Assembly: GCA_038320275.1 (NCBI GenBank)
Contig: JBBQEB010000030.1
Span: 1-28,583 of the forward strand
Reading direction: 5' to 3'
Length of the DNA stretch: 28,583 nucleotides
Source: Myxococcales bacterium
Lineage (GTDB): Bacteria > Myxococcota > Myxococcia > Myxococcales > Anaeromyxobacteraceae
Numbering within the stretch: the stretch's first letter is position 1; each line of letters begins with the position of its first letter. Below the pieces are notes generated by a model, which saw only the letters and a list, made by a program, of their open reading frames with translations, did no database searches and was not told the origin of the DNA. This document shows positions 23,396 to 28,583 of this stretch, piece after piece. Both the position numbers and the translations under genes were made by a program.

Positions 23396-23469
23396 TGGGG
23401 GATCGTCTAACGGCAGGACGCCAGTCTCTGGATCTGGCTATCTAGGTTCGAGTCCTAGTCCCCCAGCCA
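23396..23469 (+). tRNA. tRNA-Gln (anticodon CTG)
   Basis: Acceptor stem TGGGGGA/TCCCCCA, discriminator G, encoded CCA, anticodon loop CTCTGGA and T-arm CTAGG-TTCGAGT-CCTAG. Confidence 0.97.
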
Positions 23470-23523
23470 TCAGCAGTGTTCATCGCTCAACCTTTCCAGA
23501 GGGTTGGGAGATTCTATCGAGGC

Positions 23524-23706
23524 TCAGTTTCGGAACCTCGATACAACGGACCGCCTCCCCATGGCGGGCTCGGAACCCGCATCTTCCGCGGCGCGGTAGC
23601 GCAGGCCCGCGGCTTCCGCCTCGACCAGCGCGGTGCTCTCTTCTGGGGTCATGCGTATTTCGAGGCGGACCGACCGCCGCTCGCCCTTGCGCTTTGGAGG
23701 AGCCAT
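23524..23706 (-). pseudogene. Possible truncated ribbon-helix-helix / MobC-like gene (mobile-element remnant)
   Basis: MAPPKRKGERRSVRLEIRMTPEESTALVEAEAAGL resembles the N-terminus of MobC-type RHH proteins, then the resemblance is lost. TACACT lies 6 nt upstream of the ATG. Located just downstream of a tRNA 3' end. Confidence 0.4.
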
Positions 23707-23835
23707 CCGGCGAGTGTACGGCCAAAAGCCGCGCCCGACCCACGCATCGGCAAGAGGACCCAGCCCCGAATCGAGAGCCCACTCAGCGGCGCCCGCTCGG
23801 CGCCGCGGCATTCGAACGGGGACGGATGTCCTCCG

Positions 23836-23864
23836 TTGACTCCGGCCGCGCGCGCCGGTAGATG
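23836..23864 (+). promoter_or_regulatory. Sigma70-type promoter of tRNA-Glu
   Basis: TTGACT (23836-23841), a 17-nt spacer, TAGATG (23859-23864), then a GC-rich discriminator region 13 nt before the tRNA. Confidence 0.65.
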
Positions 23865-23877
23865 GGGGGCGTCGTTT

Positions 23878-23952
23878 GGCCCCTTAGTCTAGTGGTTAGG
23901 ACGTCGGCCTCTCACGTCGAAGACATGGGTTCAAGTCCCGTAGGGGTCACCA
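23878..23952 (+). tRNA. tRNA-Glu (anticodon CTC)
   Basis: Acceptor stem GGCCCCT/AGGGGTC, discriminator A, CCA end, anticodon arm TCGGC-CTCTCAC-GTCGA and T-loop TTCAAGT. Confidence 0.97.
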
Positions 23953-23957
23953 TCGTG

Positions 23958-23995
23958 CCCCGCCAGCCCAAGTCCAGCTGGCGGGGTTTTTCTTT
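23958..23995 (+). terminator. Rho-independent terminator after tRNA-Glu
   Basis: Perfect 10-bp stem CCCCGCCAGC/GCTGGCGGGG with a 9-nt loop, followed by TTTTTCTTT. Confidence 0.88.
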
Positions 23996-24043
23996 CCGGA
24001 GCGCGCGTGAGGAACCGTCTGCTCGGGGTCCTCCTGCGGCGGC

Positions 24044-27000
24044 TCACGCCCGCGTCCCGGTGAGCGCAGGCTTCCCCCGCCTCGCCGCGGGCCAGATGCG
24101 GTCGCGCAGCGCTGGCCGAAGGCGCAGGTAGCTCGCCCCGCCGGCGGCGACCAGCACGGCGCCTAGACCGACGAGCGCCGCCTTCCCAGCCATCGGGAGA
24201 TGGAGGTAGAAGCCCGCCGCCAGCGCCACGGCCAGGATCGCCCAGCCCGCCGACTGCACCCGCGTCCACCGCTTCAGGGGAGCGGCGGCGCCGGGCTCCA
24301 GCGCCTCCAGCCGCTCCCAGAGGAGCTGCTCCTGCCGCCAGTAGGTGTAGACCACCGGGATGATCTCGAGCGTGAGGAAAGCGCTCGTGAGGAGCCCGCC
24401 CACCATCGGCGCGGCGATGCGCTTCATCACGTCGGCGCCGGAGCCGGTGGCCCAGAGCAGGGGCACGAGCCCGAAGAGCATGGTCGCGACCGTCATGAGC
24501 TTGGGGCGCACGCGCTGTACGGTGCCCTCCATGTGCGCCCAGACGATGTCCGACAGGTCGCGGATCTTGCCCGCCCGGCGCCGGCGCTCGTAGGCCTGGT
24601 CGATGTAGACGATCATGACGACGCCCGTCTGCGCGGCGAGCCCCACCAGCGCGATGATGCCCACCCACACCGCGGTGGACATCCGGTAGTCGAGCAGCCA
24701 GAGGAGCCAGACGCTCCCCACCAGCGCGAAGGGGATGGAGAGCAGGACGATCATCACCTCCGTGAAGTTGCTGAAGTGGATGTAGAGCAGGAGCACGATG
24801 AGGAGGAGCGTGGCCGGGAGCACGATGCGCAGCCGCTCGCGCGTCTTCTCGAGCGACTCCCACTCGCCGGTCCAGCGCAGGAAGGTGCCCTGCGGCAGGA
24901 CGAGCGCGCCGCTCCGGAGGGCGTCGTCCACGAGGCGCCGCGCCTCCTCCACGTAGCCGCCCACGTCCCGGCTCGGGTCGAGGTCGACGTACAGGTAGCC
25001 AGCGAGAAGCCCGCCTTCGTCGCGAAGCATGGGTGGGCCGCCCACGATGCGCAGGTCGGCCACCGTGCCCAGGGGCACGAAGGCCTGGCGCCCGCCGCGC
25101 CGCGCTCCCTCGTCGGCGCGGACGGGGCCGTCCCACTGCAGGCGGGGAGCGTCGGAGAGCGTCCCGCCCGAGGACCCTCCGCCAGCAGAGGGAGGCGGGG
25201 CGCCGGGACCTTCCGACCCGCCGCGCCGAGGCCCCATGCCCATCTGCGCCAGCAGGAGCCTTGGAATGAGCGGTGGCGCGAGGGAACCCGTCTTGCCCAT
25301 GGCGCCGCCCGCTCCCGGAGCCCCGCCGATGGGCACGAGCACCTGCCGCAGCCGCTCGAGGTCGCTGCGCAGGTCCTGGGGATAGCGCACCTGGATGGAG
25401 AAGCGGCTCCGCCCCACCACGGTGCTTCCTGCCGACGCCCCGCCCACCGCCGCCTCGACGGTGCGGTGCACGTCGCCCACGGTCAGCCCGTAGCGGGCCA
25501 GCGCGTCGCGATTGGGGACGATGTCGAGGTACAGCCCACCCTCGCTGCGCTCGTAGTACGCGCTGCGCGTGCCGGGCACGTGCTGCACGAGCCCCTCCAG
25601 CGCCACCCCTACCCGCTCGATGGCTCCGAGGTCGCCGCCCAGGATCTTGATACCGACCGGCGTGCGGACGCCGGTGGCGAGCATGTCGATGCGCGCCTTG
25701 ATGGGCATCGTGAAGGCGTTCGTCCAGCCGGGGAACTGCATGGCCTTGTTCATCTCGGCCGTCAGCTCTTCCCAGGTGATGGTGCGGCGATCGGGCCAGA
25801 GGACGCGCAGGGCGGGCGCGATGAACCGCGGAGCGCGCCCGGTCCACCAGCGGCGCACCTCGATCTGGCGCCACTCCGAGGCCGGCCGGAGCTGCACGGT
25901 GGTCTCGATCATGGTGAGCGGCGCCGGGTCGGTGGCGGTCTCCGCCCGCCCCGCCTTCCCGAACACGCTCACCACCTCCGGAAAGCGCCGGAACACCCGG
26001 TCCTGGAGCTGGAGCTGCCGCTTCACCTCCTCGATCGCGATATTCGGGAAGGTGGTGGGCATGTAAAGGAGGTCGCCCTCGTGGAGCTGCGGCATGAACT
26101 CGCTGCCGAGCCGCAGGGCGAGCGGGATGGCGGAGAGCACCGCCAAAAGCCCGATGGCGAGGGTGGAGCGGGGGCGCCTCAGCGCGACGAAGACGAACGG
26201 CTGGTAGGCCCGGATGATGGCGCGCGAGACCGGGTGGCTCGCCTCGGGGCGGATGTGCCCGCGCAGGAGGAGGTCGCGCAAGGCAGGCGCGAAGGTGATG
26301 GAGAGCAGGGCCGCCGACAGCATCACGAAGGTCTTGGTGAAGGCCAGCGGGCGGAAGAGGCGCCCGGCCTGTCCGGTGAGCGTGAAGACCGGGAGGAACG
26401 CCACCGCGATGACGAGGAGCGAGAAGAAGATGGCGGGCGTCACCTCTCGCGCCGCCTCGGCGAGGAGCGCCCGGCGGTCGGCGCCCGGCCCGGCGGCCTC
26501 CAGCTTCCGGTGCGAGGCCTCGATCATCACGATCTCGGCGTCCACGGTGGCGCCGATGGCGATGGCGAAGCCGCCCAGGCTCATGATGGTCGCCGGGATG
26601 CCGAGCAGCACCATGGGGATGAAGCTCAGCGCCACCGCCACCGGCAAAGACAGGATGGGCAGGAGCGCCGACCGCAGGTGCAGGAGGAAGCCGGTGACGA
26701 CCAGCGCGACCACCAGCGCCTCCTCCAGGAGGGCGGTCCGGAGCGTGCCCACCGCCCGCCGGATGAGGCCGCTCCGGTCGTAGGCCACCTCCACGCGCAC
26801 GCCCGGCGGCAGCGCCGGGCCGAGCTCCGCGAGCTTCTCCTTCACCCGGCCCACCACGTCGAGGACGTTCTCGCCGAAGCGCACCACGACGATGCCGCCC
26901 ACCGCCTCGCCCTCGCCGTTCCACTCGAGGAGCCCGCGCCGTATCTCGGGCCCGAGCCGCACCGAGCCCAGGTCGCGCAGCAGCACCGGGACGCCCCCCG

Positions 27001-27757
27001 GGCCGCGCGCGCGCACCGCCGTCCGCTCCAGCTCGCCCACGTCCTTCACGTAGCCGCGCCCGCGCACGTAGTACTCGCGACCGGACATCTCCAGCACACG
27101 GCCGCCCACGTCGCCGCTGGAGTCGCGGACCTTGGCCACCACCTCGTCGAGCGTGACGTCGAAGGCGCGCAGCCGCGCCGGGTCGACGGTCACCTGGTAC
27201 TGCTTCTCGAAGCCCCCCACGCTCGCCACCTCGGCGACGCCGGGCACCTGGCCCAGGGCGTAGCGGAGGGTGAAGTCCTGGAAGGCGCGAAGCTCGTGGA
27301 GCGGATGGCGGCCGCTCTCGTCCACCAGGGCGTACTGGAACCCCCAGCCCACCCCGGAGGCGTCGGGGCCGAGCACGGGCGACACGCCCTCGGGCAGCCG
27401 GGCGCGGACGGCGCTGAGGTACTCCAGCACGCGACTGCGCGCCCAGTAAGGATCGGTCGCCTCCTCGAAGACCACCTGCACGAAGGACATCCCGAACATC
27501 GAGGTGCCGCGCACGTCGGTCACGCGCGGTGTCCCGAGGAGCGCGCTGACGAGGGGATAGGTGACCTGGTCCTCGACCAGCGTCGGGCTACGCCCCATCC
27601 ACTCGGTGAACACGATGACCTGCGGGTCGCCGAGGTCGGGGATGGCGTCGAGCTTCGCCTGGCGCACGCACCAGAGCGAGGCGACGGTGGCCACCGCCAC
27701 GGCGAGGAGCACCGCCAGGCGGTTGCGCGCGCACAGCTCGATGATGCGGGCGACCAT
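24044..27757 (-). CDS. cusA: CusA/SilA-type heavy-metal efflux RND permease (Cu+/Ag+)
   Basis: LDAIPDL..QVIV, VEDQVTYP, LGPDASGVGW, GATVDAEIVMIE, RVRPKLMT and AAPMVGG. The three metal-binding Met positions are retained: GDLLYMP, PLTMIET and RIDMLATG. Confidence 0.95.
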   Translation of the reverse strand: MVARIIELCARNRLAVLLAVAVATVASLWCVRQAKLDAIPDLGDPQVIVFTEWMGRSPTLVEDQVTYPLVSALLGTPRVTDVRGTSMFGMSFVQVVFEEATDPYWARSRVLEYLSAVRARLPEGVSPVLGPDASGVGWGFQYALVDESGRHPLHELRAFQDFTLRYALGQVPGVAEVASVGGFEKQYQVTVDPARLRAFDVTLDEVVAKVRDSSGDVGGRVLEMSGREYYVRGRGYVKDVGELERTAVRARGPGGVPVLLRDLGSVRLGPEIRRGLLEWNGEGEAVGGIVVVRFGENVLDVVGRVKEKLAELGPALPPGVRVEVAYDRSGLIRRAVGTLRTALLEEALVVALVVTGFLLHLRSALLPILSLPVAVALSFIPMVLLGIPATIMSLGGFAIAIGATVDAEIVMIEASHRKLEAAGPGADRRALLAEAAREVTPAIFFSLLVIAVAFLPVFTLTGQAGRLFRPLAFTKTFVMLSAALLSITFAPALRDLLLRGHIRPEASHPVSRAIIRAYQPFVFVALRRPRSTLAIGLLAVLSAIPLALRLGSEFMPQLHEGDLLYMPTTFPNIAIEEVKRQLQLQDRVFRRFPEVVSVFGKAGRAETATDPAPLTMIETTVQLRPASEWRQIEVRRWWTGRAPRFIAPALRVLWPDRRTITWEELTAEMNKAMQFPGWTNAFTMPIKARIDMLATGVRTPVGIKILGGDLGAIERVGVALEGLVQHVPGTRSAYYERSEGGLYLDIVPNRDALARYGLTVGDVHRTVEAAVGGASAGSTVVGRSRFSIQVRYPQDLRSDLERLRQVLVPIGGAPGAGGAMGKTGSLAPPLIPRLLLAQMGMGPRRGGSEGPGAPPPSAGGGSSGGTLSDAPRLQWDGPVRADEGARRGGRQAFVPLGTVADLRIVGGPPMLRDEGGLLAGYLYVDLDPSRDVGGYVEEARRLVDDALRSGALVLPQGTFLRWTGEWESLEKTRERLRIVLPATLLLIVLLLYIHFSNFTEVMIVLLSIPFALVGSVWLLWLLDYRMSTAVWVGIIALVGLAAQTGVVMIVYIDQAYERRRRAGKIRDLSDIVWAHMEGTVQRVRPKLMTVATMLFGLVPLLWATGSGADVMKRIAAPMVGGLLTSAFLTLEIIPVVYTYWRQEQLLWERLEALEPGAAAPLKRWTRVQSAGWAILAVALAAGFYLHLPMAGKAALVGLGAVLVAAGGASYLRLRPALRDRIWPAARRGKPALTGTRA

Positions 27758-27760
27758 CCG

Positions 27761-28582
27761 TTAGCGGGGCGTCTCCGAGGACGGGGTCGCGGCGCTCTCC
27801 ACCGCGACGCGCAGCCGGCTCTCGGAATCCACCAGGAAGTTGGCGGTGGTGACCACCTGTTCGCCCTCCGCGAGCCCTTCGAGCACGACCACGCTGTCCC
27901 CTGCGCGCACGCCCAGGCGCACGGCGCGCGGCTCGAAGCGCCCGCCCGGCAGCGCCACGAAGGCGTACTTCCGCTCGCCGGTATCGACCACCGCCTCGGC
28001 CGGGACGACGAGCGCCTCGGCAGCGGGGAGCCCGAGCACCACGTCTCCGTAGAGCCCCGGCCGCAGCCTGGCATCGGCGTTGGCGATGGCCACCCGCGCC
28101 TGGAGCGTGTGCGTCTCCGGGCTCACCGCCGGATAGACGAGCTGCACCTCGCCCGCGAACGTCGCGCCCGGCAGCGCGGCCGTGGTGAAGCGCGCGGGCT
28201 GACCAGGCCGGAGCCGGCCCATGTCGCCCTCCGGCACGTCCGCCACCACCCACACCGTCGAGAGGTCCGCGACCTGGAACAGCTCCGTCCCGGGAGTCAC
28301 GTAGCTCCCCGGCACGGCGGCCTTGCGGGCGAGGAACCCCGCCCGCGGCGATCGGAGCGGGATCGCGGCGAGCACCCTCCGCACGCGCGCGAGCTCGAGG
28401 ATGTCCCTCGGCGCCATGCCCACCCCCTCCAGCTTGCGCACCGCCTCCGCCGGATAGCGCGCGAGCTTTGGGTCTTCGGCGATCGGGCCCTTCACCGCCC
28501 GCCCGCGGCCTGGCGGCGCGGCCCCGCGGGGTCCGACAGGAGCAGGTCCGGCCCCGGGAGCGCCCGCCGCCTGGGGGTCGCC
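27761..28582 (-). CDS. cusB: CusB-type RND periplasmic adaptor (membrane fusion protein), 5' end outside the window
   Basis: LRSPRAG, LFQVADLSTVWVVADVPE, VYPAVSPETHT, LRPGLYG, VVPAEAVVDTG and GLAEGEQVVTTANFLVDSESRL. The frame stays open to the window edge and the stop is 3 nt before cusA. Confidence 0.92.
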   Translation of the reverse strand, partial: GDPQAAGAPGAGPAPVGPRGAAPPGRGRAVKGPIAEDPKLARYPAEAVRKLEGVGMAPRDILELARVRRVLAAIPLRSPRAGFLARKAAVPGSYVTPGTELFQVADLSTVWVVADVPEGDMGRLRPGQPARFTTAALPGATFAGEVQLVYPAVSPETHTLQARVAIANADARLRPGLYGDVVLGLPAAEALVVPAEAVVDTGERKYAFVALPGGRFEPRAVRLGVRAGDSVVVLEGLAEGEQVVTTANFLVDSESRLRVAVESAATPSSETPR

Positions 28583-28583
28583 C

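Noticed and set aside
23476..23892. 138-aa plus-strand ORF between the tRNAs
   Set aside because: It overlaps the tRNA-Glu promoter and 5' end, has atypical codon usage, and shows no motif.
23878..28583. cusAB next to the tRNA-Glu 3' end as a genomic island
   Set aside because: No integrase, att duplication or compositional shift is visible, and the tRNA retains its terminator.

Overview
This is a very GC-rich bacterial chromosomal window whose gene content looks myxobacterial (Anaeromyxobacter-like; inferred, not searched). From left to right it holds: the end of a complex I operon (nuoM, nuoN); a PHP phosphoesterase; an Rrf2 regulator; a deoxyhypusine-synthase-like gene with an agmatinase (probably homospermidine synthesis); an operon of a lid-less Hsp70, a J-domain protein and CvpA, divergent from a class II amidotransferase-like gene lacking its N-terminal Cys; a dGTPase; a CPBP intramembrane protease resembling myxosortase; a 1707-aa Cys-rich surface protein; a receiver-only response regulator; a Memo/AmrB protein; gltX; a glnS-YqeY fusion; a small secreted protein; tRNA-Gln(CUG); a probable mobile-element scar; tRNA-Glu(CUC); and cusA plus a partial cusB. 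The most striking feature is the giant ORF. It carries a complete MYXO-CTERM sorting tag in the middle (aa ~1020-1047), followed almost immediately by a second lipoprotein-type signal peptide, with no stop or in-frame start between them. It looks like a bacterial polyprotein that is cut into two surface proteins, and it is encoded head-to-head with the candidate sorting protease. All family calls come from motif recognition by eye; no database searches were run.
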